A stretch of DNA of 64,000 nt from an uncultured delta proteobacterium (GTDB lineage: Bacteria > Desulfobacterota > Desulfobacteria > Desulfobacterales > JAFDCJ01). Under the pieces are notes generated by a model. It worked only from the letters and a program-made list of their open reading frames with translations, was not told the DNA's origin and ran no database searches. This document shows, piece after piece, positions 37,468 through 47,869 of this stretch (the stretch's first letter is position 1; the number at the start of each line of letters is the position of its first letter). The DNA is taken from positions 192,001-256,000 of the forward strand of contig CAVYNY010000007.1 in NCBI GenBank assembly GCA_963769935.1, read 5' to 3'. Made by a program: the position numbers and the translations under genes.

Positions 37468-37671
37468 CTGACCGACTCCCGCAGCTTTCTCTCCTACCCA
37501 CGGCATGAGTACTTTCGGAGAATATTGTGCAACCTGCTGGGCAAAGAGGTGGAAGGCGGCGAACTGCCCGATGACCTCGAACTGCTGGGGAATATGGTCA
37601 AAGATATTTGCTACTACAATGCCGAGAGCTATTTCGGCTTCAACGATTCTGACGATAAAGAGCTGCATTAG
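37468..37671 (+). pseudogene. uxaC: Uronate isomerase C-terminal fragment, fused in frame to the dctM fragment
   Basis: [25 protein letters not shown]...DICYYNA..YF is the UxaC C-terminal signature. Confidence 0.85.
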
Positions 37672-37697
37672 CAGCGGAAGAGGGGAGGAACATTAAA

Positions 37698-38639
37698 ATG
37701 ATTAAAGTCGCTGTCGCCCAGTCCGCACCGGTTTTATTTGATTGCGATGCGTCGATAGAAAAAGCCGTGCAGGTCGTCAATGAGGCCGGCCGCGCGGGTG
37801 CCAGGCTCGTTCTTTTGCCGGAAGCCTATATTCCCGCCTATCCTCGCGGGTTCAGCTTTGGGATGGTTGTCGGCAACCGAACCCCGCAAGGCCGTTCACT
37901 CTGGAAACGATATTGGGAAAACTCCGTGGATGTTCCGGGCAAAGCCACCGAGGCTTTAGGGGCGGCGGCCCGCGAAGCGGGCGTGTATCTGGCGATCGGG
38001 GTTGTCGAGCGGGACGCCGAATACAGCCACGGCACGCTTTTTTGCACACTGTTGTATTTCAACCCCCAGGGGAAATTGATGGGCAAACACCGCAAACTGA
38101 AACCCACCGGTTCCGAACGGTTGATATGGGGCGAAGGGGATGGCAGCACCATGCCTGTTTTTGATACCGACATCGGACGCATCGGGGGCTTGATTTGCTG
38201 GGAAAACCATATGCCGCTGGCCAGGGTGGCCATGTACAGCAAAGGGGTCGAGATTTATCTGGCCCCCACGGCCGACCAGCGGGACATCTGGCAGGCCACC
38301 TTACGGCACATTGCCTTTGAAGGCCGCTGTTTTGTCCTGGGCTGCAATCAATTCGTGACCAAAGACATGTATCCCGCCGAATTGGAAGCGATCGATGAAC
38401 TCAAAGATCAGCCGGAGATCATGTGCCGCGGCGGCAGCGTGGTCGTCTCTCCGATGGGCGAGGTGCTGGCCGGCCCGGTGTATGACAAGGAGGCCATATT
38501 GTACGCCGACCTTGACCTGGATGAAATTGTCAGGGCCCAGTTGGACCTGGATGTCGTGGGCCACTATGCCCGGCCGGATGTATTTCAGCTCTATGTAAAT
38601 GAGAAGCCTTTGAAACCGGTAAACTATAACCCTAAATGA
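37698..38639 (+). CDS. Nitrilase (carbon-nitrogen hydrolase family)
   Basis: Triad contexts LPEA, HRKLKPT and ICWEN; D.VGHYARPD. Confidence 0.93.
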   Translation: MIKVAVAQSAPVLFDCDASIEKAVQVVNEAGRAGARLVLLPEAYIPAYPRGFSFGMVVGNRTPQGRSLWKRYWENSVDVPGKATEALGAAAREAGVYLAIGVVERDAEYSHGTLFCTLLYFNPQGKLMGKHRKLKPTGSERLIWGEGDGSTMPVFDTDIGRIGGLICWENHMPLARVAMYSKGVEIYLAPTADQRDIWQATLRHIAFEGRCFVLGCNQFVTKDMYPAELEAIDELKDQPEIMCRGGSVVVSPMGEVLAGPVYDKEAILYADLDLDEIVRAQLDLDVVGHYARPDVFQLYVNEKPLKPVNYNPK

Positions 38640-38674
38640 GTCAAAATTCTTCTCGTCTTGAAGGGGGAAAAATT

Positions 38675-39447
38675 ATGGTTGTCGATCTGACCGGCAAAAC
38701 AGCCGTGATTACCGGGGGCACAGCCGGCATCGGCTTGAGCATTGCCGAAACCCTGGCCGGCGCCGGCGCAAGGATAGCAATTTGCAGCCGTGTGCAATCA
38801 AATGTTGCCGGGGCCTTAAGTTATTTGAAAGGCAAAAAAATCAATGCCTACGGGCAGGTCGCCGATGTGTCCCAGCGCGCGAGTATCTTTTCATTGGCCG
38901 ATGAAGTCGAGAAAAAATTGGGCGGCATCGATATCTGGATCAGCAATGCAGGCATCTTTTCGCCGAAAAAGCTTATCGACACTCCGGAAAATTATGGCAG
39001 CAGGTGATGGATGTCAATGTCAAGTCAATTTACTACGGCGGATTGATTGCCGCCGATAAAATCAGAAAGCGCGGCGGCGGCGTGCTGGTAAACGCCGCCT
39101 CATTTGCATCCTTAATGCCTTCGATCGGCAGCGGCGCCTATGCCGCATCGAAGGCAGCCGTTTACAGCATGACCAAAACCCTCGGCGCCGAGCTGGCGCC
39201 TTTCAACATCCGCGTCGTCGGTTACGCGCCCGGCGTGATCGAAACCGGGATGACGGAACCGGGAATTAATTCAAGGGGCAGGGAGCTTGCAGGCCAGATT
39301 GCGCTGCAGCGATTCGGCCAATGCCAAGAGATCGCCGCGGTGGTCCTGTTCCTGGTTTCAGACCATGCGTCATACATCACCGGAACCTGCATCGAGATAT
39401 CCGGGGGCAAATTCTGCGTTCAAAATCCCGTGGACGCCTGGAGATGA
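38675..39447 (+). pseudogene. SDR family oxidoreductase with one frameshift (~38990)
   Basis: TGGTAGIG and SNAG in the first ORF; YAASK in the second. A one-base deletion in CCGGAAAATTATGG explains the break. Confidence 0.85.
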
Positions 39448-39584
39448 AGAGATGAAGAGGTGTCACATCTTATTTTTTAAGAATTCCCAGGCGACATTAA
39501 ATATTTAGGGTGCGACACTATTGCTTTCACTATAACAAGCTGCTGCAGCCCCTGCGGGCAAAATCCACAAGAACGGATAGCCGT

Positions 39585-39623
39585 TTATTCCAACCTTGAA
39601 GACCTGGTCCTCTGGGCCAGGAT
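39585..39623 (+). repeat. Dispersed 39-bp palindromic intergenic repeat, copy 2
   Basis: TTATTCCAACCTTGAAGACCTGGTCCTCTGGGCCAGGAT; hairpin CCTGGTCC/GGGCCAGG. Confidence 0.75.
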
Positions 39624-39819
39624 TATTGGCTTTAGAGATTTGATGCCGTCTTGCTTGAAACTTTTGGTGAATTGGTTTAAATCACAGGACAACCAAAGAC
39701 AAAGGAATACACGATCGATTTGGTGAAATACAGCCAGGAATCAGTGAACGGTCGTCCGAATCACGCGGTGTCTTCGATAACCTTGCCGTCATGGCAAAGA
39801 GAGCTGTTTAAATTTCCAT

Positions 39820-40221
39820 ATGCATGAAACGGGCGCTTTGCAGGTAGTCAGGCTGCTGCTCGACAGAGGAATTGGAGTGGAGGCCGGCATCTGGACCGCC
39901 AGGGCAGCCGAGATCCTGCTATACAGCGACTTCGCCGACGAATGCCTGCGGATTCTGATCGAGCCCGCCGAGGGGCCGGGCGATGCGCGAACGAACTTGT
40001 CAGAGATAGAGACCGGCCTGGATCGTGTCCGCTGTCCGCGCCTCCTGCATGGCCTCGGAGCATCGGCTTGGGAGTTCATCAAGCTGGCGGCGGCGCGCAC
40101 CTATGACACGCGCACCGGTTTCGAAGACACGCTGAAGCTTCCGGACGGGTCCCTGGCGGAGAGCAATGCCGAGCTGGTTGCCGCGGTACGCCGGGTCGTC
40201 GCGAATGTGGTCTCACCATGA
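39820..40221 (+). pseudogene. 3-keto-5-aminohexanoate cleavage (BKACE/DUF849) family, C-terminal half
   Basis: GIGVEAG, LLHG and RTGFEDT...DG..A.SNAELV; the N-terminal HxH region is missing. Confidence 0.7.
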
Positions 40222-41357
40222 ATACAAAAGCAAGGCGTTATGATAATGATTGGCTCACTGTGCTGGCAATGCTGACTATATTTTTCTTTCATTGTGCCAG
40301 GTTCTTCAATTTTGAAGATTGGCATGTGAAGAACAACCAATTAGATGCAGGCCTGAGCCTTTTTGTTGCAATTGTGGCCCAGTGGATAATGCCGCTATTT
40401 TTTATACTTTCAGGCATAAGTTCCTGCTACTCGCTGAAGTCCCGGACAACCGGCCGCTATATCGGCAACCGATTCCGGCGTCTGGTCATTCCTCTGATAT
40501 TCGGTACATTCATATTGCTCATTCCCGTGCAGGTTTGGATTGAACGTGTCAGTCACGATCAATTTAATGGAAGTTTCATCGAATTCTACCCGCACTATTT
40601 TGAGGGATTTTATGCCTTTGGGGGAAATTTTGCCTGGATGGGCCTTCATCTCTGGTACCTGGAAATGCTTTTTATTTTTACCCTGATTACACTTCCGCTC
40701 TTCATTTTGCTGAAGCAAGAAAATATTCAGGAACTGATTTCAGGGGCCGCGGCGTTTTTTGCGCAGAACGGCGCCATCTTCCTTTTTGGTGTCCCGCTGT
40801 TTGCGATGGAATTGCTGGTCAACTTGCAGCCGGAAGGTGTCGGAATCAGAAGCTTTGGCGGGTGGAGTCCTCTTTCGTATCTCGTTTTTTTTGTAGCAGG
40901 CTTCCTGTCGGGCTTGGATTCAAGATGCAGAGAAGCGATGGAAAGATCCCGGTATGTTTCACTGGCGTTGGGGCTCTTGACAACCGGTTTGATGTTCTTC
41001 TTCCCTGTGGATACAGCTCCCCTTGGAGAGTTCGTATCCTATAGTCTGACGGAATTTTGCCGGTCCTTCAATTCATGGTTTTGGCTCGTGGCCCTGCTTG
41101 GCTTCGGGAGTAGATTTCTCAACTTCAACAACGGGATATTGAAATATGCCAGAGAAGCGGTATTGCCGTTTTACATTCTTCATCAAACGGTAATCGTCGT
41201 AATCGGTTTTTATATTGCCGATTGGGAAGCGCGCGTTGCGGTGAAATACCTCACGCTCAGCACCCTGTCATTTATTGTGATCATTGCCGCATATGACTTG
41301 TTGATCAAACGGGTCAAGGCATTGCGATTTTTATTTGGAATGAAAGTCGAAAAATGA
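40218..41357 (+). CDS. Acyltransferase-3 family membrane protein (OpgC/MdoC-like)
   Basis: MPLFFILSG, RFRRLVIP, HLWYL and PFYILHQ; ~10 TM. Confidence 0.88.
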   Translation: MNTKARRYDNDWLTVLAMLTIFFFHCARFFNFEDWHVKNNQLDAGLSLFVAIVAQWIMPLFFILSGISSCYSLKSRTTGRYIGNRFRRLVIPLIFGTFILLIPVQVWIERVSHDQFNGSFIEFYPHYFEGFYAFGGNFAWMGLHLWYLEMLFIFTLITLPLFILLKQENIQELISGAAAFFAQNGAIFLFGVPLFAMELLVNLQPEGVGIRSFGGWSPLSYLVFFVAGFLSGLDSRCREAMERSRYVSLALGLLTTGLMFFFPVDTAPLGEFVSYSLTEFCRSFNSWFWLVALLGFGSRFLNFNNGILKYAREAVLPFYILHQTVIVVIGFYIADWEARVAVKYLTLSTLSFIVIIAAYDLLIKRVKALRFLFGMKVEK

Positions 41358-41476
41358 GTTTATTTATGAGGCCAAGCAAAAGCCTCTGGAAATGGATCCA
41401 ACGGCGGAGCCCGGAGAACAGGGCACGCTAGATAGCGGCGCCGCAAAGCTTTTATCGGCCGGGGACATGTTATCCA

Positions 41477-42040
41477 ATGGAAACCGTACTATTTTATCAG
41501 GTCAACAGCGCCGAGCACAGACAGCAAGCGGGCGACCTGATTCGTGAGTATTTGGAATGGTTGAACCAGCTCGTACAGCGCGATTACGGCATTGAATTCG
41601 ATGTCGAAGCCATGGTGGCATCCGATCTGTCGGACGCCGACAAGTTTCATCCGCCGGGCGGGCGTTTCTACCTTGTTAAGTACGGCGGCGATATCGCCGG
41701 GGTCGGTTGTTTGAAAAAACTTGAAGAAGGCGTGGGGGAAATCCAGCGCATGTATGTTCCGGCCTGCCTGAGAGGAAAGGGCATCGGGCGGGCTATCGTG
41801 AATCGTTTGATAGAAGATGCCCGCGCCGTCGGGTATCGCCGGCTGAAACTTGAGAGCTTGGAATTTCTGGCAGCGGCACATTCGCTATACCGGTCGGTAG
41901 GCTTTCACGAAATCGATCCATACGCCGATAACAGCATGAAATCGTACCAGGACGCGGAAAACCTTGATAAGTACTATTCGATTACTGTATTTATGGAGCT
42001 TGATCTTCAGCAGTCGGAATCAAAGAATGGAGGAGCTTAG
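41477..42040 (+). CDS. GNAT family N-acetyltransferase
   Basis: EIQRMYV...RGKGIG and A..LYRSVGF. Confidence 0.9.
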   Translation: METVLFYQVNSAEHRQQAGDLIREYLEWLNQLVQRDYGIEFDVEAMVASDLSDADKFHPPGGRFYLVKYGGDIAGVGCLKKLEEGVGEIQRMYVPACLRGKGIGRAIVNRLIEDARAVGYRRLKLESLEFLAAAHSLYRSVGFHEIDPYADNSMKSYQDAENLDKYYSITVFMELDLQQSESKNGGA

Positions 42041-42240
42041 CTATGAGGAGAATTTTACTCAAAATGCCCATACAAAGCCTCCGAAGGTCTGTACATCTTA
42101 TCGGAGGCTTTGCAGGAAAATTTATTCGTTTAAATCGGCATGCAAAGAAGCATTAATCAGCTGCCGAATTAAATTAAGCCAGCATTTAGCATGCGGCATG
42201 ATGACCGAGGATAGCAAATCAAGAGGAGGAGATTAACATC

Positions 42241-42474
42241 GGAAACGACGGCAACGGCAGTCTCCTGTTCCTGGACGGAGCCGGCCAAAAGCTTTTCCGG
42301 CTCAACACCCGCAATATGTCCCTGACATTGGTGGCCGCGGATCTGCCGATTGGCTATTCAACGGTCGGCGGATATCCTCCCGTTGAATTTCCCTGGCCCA
42401 TGGCGGTCGGCTCCAATGGCGACATCTACCTGGCTACCATGAACCGCGGAATGATAAAATTACAGAAAAAATAG
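42241..42474 (+). pseudogene. C-terminal fragment of a beta-propeller (SMP-30/NHL-like) protein
   Basis: Own translation GNGSLLFLDGAGQKLFRL...LVAADLPIG...MAVGSNGDIYLA...KK*; no conventional start seen. Confidence 0.45.
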
Positions 42475-42480
42475 AGCGAA

Positions 42481-42963
42481 ATGTTGTTCAAAATAATATC
42501 AGGCGGCCAAACCGGAGCCGACAGGGCAGCCCTGGACGCTGCCCTTAAATTTGATATGCCTTACGGCGGTTGGCTCCCCAAAGGCCGCCTGGCCGAAGAC
42601 GGCCCTCTTGACGCCAAATACAGTCTCAAAGAGATGCCCACCGACAGCTACCCCGCCCGAACCGAACAGAATGTCGTTGATTCAGACGGCACGGTCATAT
42701 TCTCGCATGGCAAGCCCACCGGCGGAACGGATTACACGCGGGAAATGGCCTTAAAACATGGTAAACAGCTGCTCGGTATCGATCTGAACCTGACCGCTTC
42801 CCATGATGCAGCCTCATTGATTGTGTCCTGGATTCAGTTGCGGCGGATAAAAATCTTAAATGTTGCCGGTCCCCGGGCCAGCGAAGATGCGGGCATATAT
42901 AATGACGTGTTCCGGATCCTGGCTGTGGTCATACTAACGCAAAAGAAGGCGCAAGGTTCTTAG
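42481..42963 (+). CDS. Putative molybdenum carrier / SLOG (YpsA-like) protein
   Basis: KIISGGQTGADRAALD, RTEQNVVDSDGT and LNVAGPRAS. Confidence 0.88.
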   Translation: MLFKIISGGQTGADRAALDAALKFDMPYGGWLPKGRLAEDGPLDAKYSLKEMPTDSYPARTEQNVVDSDGTVIFSHGKPTGGTDYTREMALKHGKQLLGIDLNLTASHDAASLIVSWIQLRRIKILNVAGPRASEDAGIYNDVFRILAVVILTQKKAQGS

Positions 42964-43122
42964 GCAGACAAAAAGAGAAGGAATAGGGATTTGAAGGGTC
43001 AAACCTGGGAACCGTCGACGTCATGTGGGAACCAGCAAGCAGCATCCGGGTCGAATAGGTTTGTCAATTCCGCAACGGACGACTTGAAGATTCACAGCGG
43101 GTTGCGCTGAAATAAAAAAAAC

Positions 43123-43159
43123 ACTTGACATTATCAAGTATTTTTGTTGATAATGGCAA
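43123..43159 (+). promoter_or_regulatory. Promoter with palindromic operator upstream of the MarR-GNAT gene
   Basis: TTGACA-18-GATAAT; palindrome ACTTGA-N5-TCAAGT; TTGACATTATCAA/TTGATAATGGCAA inverted pair at 12/13. Confidence 0.6.
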
Positions 43160-43182
43160 ATAATTTGAAAAACCCGCATTAA

Positions 43183-43338
43183 GGGCTCACTCAAAAATAA
43201 CTTCACATTTTATACGCTGATGCATCTCTTGCGGCTGCGTTGCGAAAGCTCGGAATATCCAGATATTCCTGCGTTTTCGCGCCTTGCCGCAAGAGCGCCT
43301 CAACGCCTAAAACCGTGAATTAATTTTTTCATGAACCC
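43183..43338. mobile_element. MITE-like fold-back element (~156 bp)
   Basis: Imperfect 25-bp terminal IRs GGGCTCACTCAAAAATAACTTCACA / CGTGAATTAATTTTTTCATGAACCC; inner stems CTCTTGCGGC/GCCGCAAGAG and GGAATATC/GATATTCC. Confidence 0.65.
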
Positions 43339-44281
43339 CAAGGATCAAATCATGGCCTCAACTCACATCGGTCAACATGTCGAAGCCGTGCGCCGGTTCA
43401 GCCGCTTTTATACCAAGCAAATCGGACTGCTGCAGGAGAAAATATTGCGCAGCCCGTTTTCGCTGGCCGAAGCCAGGGTCATATATGAACTTGCCCACCA
43501 TGAAAAGACAACCGCCACGGAACTTTCCAACGAGCTTGGTTTAGACGCCGGCTATTTAAGCCGCATCTTACGCGATTTCAATAAACGGGGTCTGATAGAC
43601 AAGGGCCGCTCCGAAGCGGACGGGCGCAAAAAGTATTTACGCTTATCTGAAAACGGGCAAGCTGCATTTGCCGGGATTAACACCCGCTCCCGCAGAGAAA
43701 TCGAAGCGAAATTGAGTAACCTGTCGCCGGCTGACCGGACCCGCCTGGTCCAGGCAATGCAAACGGTTGAAGATCTGCTTGGTGCCAAGACTGAAAACAA
43801 GGTGCCCTATATCCTGCGGACTCACCAGCCGGGCGACATGGGCTGGGTCGTTCACCGCCACGGCATCCTGTACGCCGAGGAATACGCCTGGGATGAGCAA
43901 TTTGAGGCACTGGTGGCGGAAATTGTGACCGGTTTTATCCGAAACTACGATCCCAAAAGGGAGCGCTGCTGGATAGCGGAAATGGATGGCGATAGCGTCG
44001 GGTCGGTTTTTCTGGTCAAGCAATCAGATTCAACGGCCAAGCTACGCCTGCTGCTGGTTGAGCCAAAGGCCCGCGGGCTGGGTATCGGCAACCGCTTGGT
44101 GAATGAATGCCTGAAATTTGCCCGGCAGGTCGGTTACAGCCGGATCACGCTCTGGACCAACAGCATTTTGACGGCGGCGCGCCGCATCTATCAAAAGGCC
44201 GGCTTTCGGCTCACTGATGAACAACCCCACACAAGCTTCGGCCATGATTTGATCGCCGAGACATGGGAGTTAAAATTGTAG
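43331..44281 (+). CDS. Bifunctional MarR HTH / GNAT acetyltransferase
   Basis: LGLDAGYLSR...DGR (MarR); PGDMGWVVHRHG and LRLLLVEPKARGLGIG (GNAT). Confidence 0.93.
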   Translation: MNPKDQIMASTHIGQHVEAVRRFSRFYTKQIGLLQEKILRSPFSLAEARVIYELAHHEKTTATELSNELGLDAGYLSRILRDFNKRGLIDKGRSEADGRKKYLRLSENGQAAFAGINTRSRREIEAKLSNLSPADRTRLVQAMQTVEDLLGAKTENKVPYILRTHQPGDMGWVVHRHGILYAEEYAWDEQFEALVAEIVTGFIRNYDPKRERCWIAEMDGDSVGSVFLVKQSDSTAKLRLLLVEPKARGLGIGNRLVNECLKFARQVGYSRITLWTNSILTAARRIYQKAGFRLTDEQPHTSFGHDLIAETWELKL

Positions 44282-44459
44282 CAATTGATTTCAAATCGAT
44301 TATCTCCTGGAAAGCTAATCAACTTATGAACTTACGCACTTATCAGCTTCCTATCTTCTCGACTTCCCGACTTCAGAACTTTTCACCTGTTCATCATTAC
44401 AGCCTCAGTGCTTCCCGGTCTTCTAGTAATTCGCCAATCTTAATGATTGGGCGATAACC

Positions 44460-45716
44460 CTATAAATCCGAGACAAGATTGCCGTCTTTGCCGAATTTTA
44501 GCGGCCGCGCAGCTCCGATGATGCTGAGCCCTTTTGATTTTTTGGCCTCTGCCAGCATGGCCTGGGAAATATACATCTCCTCCAGATGCAGGGTGTCGCG
44601 GATATGGACGATGCGGGCATTTTGCGGTTCGACCAGTCCGATGGTGTTCAGCGCGGTGTCGATTACCTCGCGATCCGTGTTGAAATAAGGCGGTATCCGG
44701 ACGGCTTCGGGGCAGGAGGATGTGACGGCATTCATGTAGGTTGCCCGGCGATCAATTTTATCAACCAGCCGTTTGGTGGTAAAGTCGGCATTGCCGACGG
44801 CAGTAGCGTTGCCCTCGGAGTCGGCCGTCAGATCCCGCACAAAGATACGCAGGACATCGATTTTAGTGTCGGGGCGGTGGTAGGAGATGACGGTGCGGCC
44901 GATCACATTCTGGTCCATGCCCGTGCCGCTGATTTCCTTGCCCATCCAGTCAACGATCAGCAGGTCAATGGGATCCAGGGGTATTTGCGGCAGCAGCAGC
45001 TTGGCTTTTTTGAGCAATTGCGGTTCTGTCTTCTCGATTTCTCCAGCCGGGATGGCGCGGATGATTTCCGTTTCGTCCCGCTGATTTTCAACCACGGCTA
45101 CGCCGAACGCAATCGGACACTTTTCCAATATCACCCGGGCCACCGATGTTAATACGGGATAGTGACCCAGCCGCACAATAGCATTGTGATACAGGTCGGC
45201 CCCTTTTTGCTTGCCCAGTCCGATGGCCATGATCTTCGTCAAACCGCTTTCGATGTTGCCTTTAAAATCCGTGTGAGGTTTGACCCGGTTGAAGACGACG
45301 ATGTGGTCGGCCTGGGAGGCGTAACGGTCCAGATATACCGGAATCCCGTCAGGGGTGGCCCCGATCTGGACCACCTGCATGGACGATTTGATGGGCACAC
45401 CCATGTTCTCTTTGGTCACGCCGTAATGCTCTAAAATCTTTTTTTGTCCCGCGGGTGTGGCGCCGCCGTGGCTGCCCATGGCCGGGACAATGAAAGGTTT
45501 GGCGCCGATTTTTTTCAGCTCCCGCACGATTTCAGCCAGAATTACGGCCAGGTTGTTGATGCCGCGGCTACCGGCGGTAATGGCCACGGTTTGTCCCCGG
45601 GCAATTACTTTTTGAGGCTCGATCCGGCCCAGTTCAGAGCGGACTGCGGCTGGAATATCTTTGATGGGATTGGTTTTGAAATTTTGCCTGATTCTAATCA
45701 TTTTCGGGTATTTCAT
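44460..45716 (-). CDS. Lactate racemase (LarA)-superfamily / DUF2088-like protein
   Basis: AITAGSRGI, PAMGSHGGAT, NRVKPHT and GKEISGTGMD; AGGAG RBS before ATG 45716. Confidence 0.8.
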   Translation of the reverse strand: MKYPKMIRIRQNFKTNPIKDIPAAVRSELGRIEPQKVIARGQTVAITAGSRGINNLAVILAEIVRELKKIGAKPFIVPAMGSHGGATPAGQKKILEHYGVTKENMGVPIKSSMQVVQIGATPDGIPVYLDRYASQADHIVVFNRVKPHTDFKGNIESGLTKIMAIGLGKQKGADLYHNAIVRLGHYPVLTSVARVILEKCPIAFGVAVVENQRDETEIIRAIPAGEIEKTEPQLLKKAKLLLPQIPLDPIDLLIVDWMGKEISGTGMDQNVIGRTVISYHRPDTKIDVLRIFVRDLTADSEGNATAVGNADFTTKRLVDKIDRRATYMNAVTSSCPEAVRIPPYFNTDREVIDTALNTIGLVEPQNARIVHIRDTLHLEEMYISQAMLAEAKKSKGLSIIGAARPLKFGKDGNLVSDL

Positions 45717-45771
45717 GTATTTGCATCTCCTTTTCGAAGTCAACTTGCTGCCCGGACCATTTGATTTCTGC

Positions 45772-45801
45772 TTGACGGCAGAATAATAATGAACGTATAG
45801 T
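45772..45801 (+). promoter_or_regulatory. Putative sigma70 promoter for kdgK-eda
   Basis: TTGACG-18 bp-TATAGT in the divergent intergenic region. Confidence 0.45.
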
Positions 45802-45937
45802 TGCGCAATTTTTCGAGCCGCCGGTGCCTATTGCCGTCCACCTGGGTTTTTAGCATAAAACAGATTTTAAAGGAACCATTAAATGATCTTGCCGAACGTA
45901 CAAAAGTCACCCGACAAATGAGGATGGAGGAGCTTTC

Positions 45938-46924
45938 ATGTACGATTTAATTACCTTCGGGGAAGCCATGATTCGATTGTCTCCGCCGGATTTTAAGCGA
46001 CTGGAGCAGACCACCACGCTGGATCTGAACATCGGCGGCGCCGAATTAAACGTAGCCGTCGGCGTTTCGCGCCTCGGCCTGAAAAGCGCCTGGATATCCA
46101 AACTGCCCGACAACCCCCTGGGCCGGATGATTGCCAATAAAGCCCGCGAGCTGGGCGTGGATGTTTCTCCGGTTATCTGGGAAAAAGAGGGCAGGGCAGG
46201 GCTTTATTTTCTGGAATACGGAGCCACGCCGCGTTCCAGCTCGGTCGTTTATGACCGCGGCAATTCATCTTTTAGCAGCATCCAGCCGGGTGAGGTGGAC
46301 TGGGATGAGATTTTTAAATTGGCCAAATATTTTCATCTGACCGGTATTACGCCGGCCGTCAGCCATTCAGCGGCTGCGGCAACCCTGGAGGCGCTCCGGA
46401 AGGCCAAAGCCTCGGGCTGCAAAGTAAGCCTGGATTTGAATTACCGCGCCAAGCTGTGGAGCTCCGCCGCAGCGAATCAAACCCTGGCGCCAATGATGGA
46501 CTATGTGGATATTTTAATTACCACCAAAGGCGATACGCGCACCATCCTGGGTGTCGAAGCGGAAAATGATGAGACGCTGGCCGGGATTCTGCTCGATAAA
46601 TACCCCATCGAAATGGTTGCCGTCAGCTACCGGGAAGGCGACTTCGTCCGGAACTGCCTGTATAGCGCGCTGGCCAGGACCCGGGAGAAAACCTTCACCA
46701 GCCGGACTTATGATATAGAAATCGTCGATCAGGTCGGGCGGGGGGATTCATTTGCAGCCGGATTTTTGTACGGCATTATTGTCGAGAATGATGTTCAAAC
46801 GGGGCTGGATTATGGTGTCGCCTTCGCGGCGTTGAAGCACAGTTTTCCGGGAGACTTCAACTGGTGCACCCGGGAAGAAGTTGAGGCGCTGCTGGCAGGA
46901 CCCCGACCGGGGGTACACCGATAG
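45938..46924 (+). CDS. kdgK: 2-dehydro-3-deoxygluconokinase (PfkB family)
   Basis: FGE.MIRL, GGAELNVA, DLNYR..LW and D.VG.GDSF; adjacent to eda. Confidence 0.85.
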   Translation: MYDLITFGEAMIRLSPPDFKRLEQTTTLDLNIGGAELNVAVGVSRLGLKSAWISKLPDNPLGRMIANKARELGVDVSPVIWEKEGRAGLYFLEYGATPRSSSVVYDRGNSSFSSIQPGEVDWDEIFKLAKYFHLTGITPAVSHSAAAATLEALRKAKASGCKVSLDLNYRAKLWSSAAANQTLAPMMDYVDILITTKGDTRTILGVEAENDETLAGILLDKYPIEMVAVSYREGDFVRNCLYSALARTREKTFTSRTYDIEIVDQVGRGDSFAAGFLYGIIVENDVQTGLDYGVAFAALKHSFPGDFNWCTREEVEALLAGPRPGVHR

Positions 46925-46974
46925 GTAATCCGGTACCGAAATGACGACGGGTTTTCGTGTTGTGGGGTGTAAGG

Positions 46975-47634
46975 ATGATATCTAAAGATAAAGACAAGGT
47001 TAAAAATGAAATATTGCGCTGCGGGTTTGTGCCGATAATTCGAACCGACAATTCGCAGGCGGCTGTGCGGGTGGCCGGGGCGATACGTGACGGCGGGGCG
47101 CCGCTGCTTGAAATCACCATGACGGTGCCCGGTGCCCTGGATAGTATAAAAGAAATTGTCGACACTTTCGGCGATACGGTTCTGGTGGGCGCCGGCACCA
47201 TCCTCGACTGTGAAACCGCCCGCATGGCTATTCTGGCCGGCGCCGACTTTATCGTCGCACCGATCCTGGATGCGGCGACCATTCGCCTGTGCCACCGCTA
47301 TAGTAAAATCGTTATGCCCGGTGCGCTGACGCCAACCGAAATCCTTCAGGCCTGGGAACTGGGGGCCGATTTTGTCAAAGTCTTCCCGGCCGATGCCCTG
47401 GGCGGACCGGCGTATATAAAAGCCGTCAAAGCCCCGCTGCCGCAGGTTGACCTGATCCCCACCGGCGGCGTGGATATTGATACGGCGGTGGATTTTATCC
47501 GAGCCGGCGCAGCGGCGGTCGGTGTCGGCAGCGCGCTTATCGATAAACAAATTATTGCCGCAGGTGACTGGGGCCGGCTGACGCAGAAGACCGACGAATT
47601 TTTACAGACCATCCGTGCGGCGCGGAACGGGTGA
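46975..47634 (+). CDS. eda: KDPG/KHG aldolase
   Basis: LEITM, VGAGT, TPTE, KVFPA and PTGGV. Confidence 0.92.
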   Translation: MISKDKDKVKNEILRCGFVPIIRTDNSQAAVRVAGAIRDGGAPLLEITMTVPGALDSIKEIVDTFGDTVLVGAGTILDCETARMAILAGADFIVAPILDAATIRLCHRYSKIVMPGALTPTEILQAWELGADFVKVFPADALGGPAYIKAVKAPLPQVDLIPTGGVDIDTAVDFIRAGAAAVGVGSALIDKQIIAAGDWGRLTQKTDEFLQTIRAARNG

Positions 47635-47869
47635 GAAGACGGGATGCTAAGAAGTTGAGAAGGTTGGATGGTTAGAAGGTAAGAGGGTGTGAGGATAAGA
47701 AGCTGATAAGCTCGTGAGCAAAGGATGATTAAGGTCGATTATATTGCGTCCACGACTCCTCCGGTTAGCCCTTTCCCCCCGTCGACTTAATCAATCACTT
47801 ACAATCATCCAATCATCCTAATAGCCAATAACTATTAACTATCACTTACACCGGCTGGAGACGGATCGC

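Noticed and set aside
36919..37671. Novel functional DctM-UxaC fusion protein
   Set aside because: Both parts are small fragments lacking essential regions and a credible start; better explained as a deletion scar or mis-assembly.
39530..39560. Second attC (TATAACAAGCTGCTGCAGC resembles a left arm)
   Set aside because: I could not find a complementary right arm and GTT core at a suitable distance.
42481..42963. SLOG protein as part of a nucleotide-signalling defence system
   Set aside because: It stands alone among GNAT and regulator genes, about 40 kb from the TIR gene, with no partner effectors.
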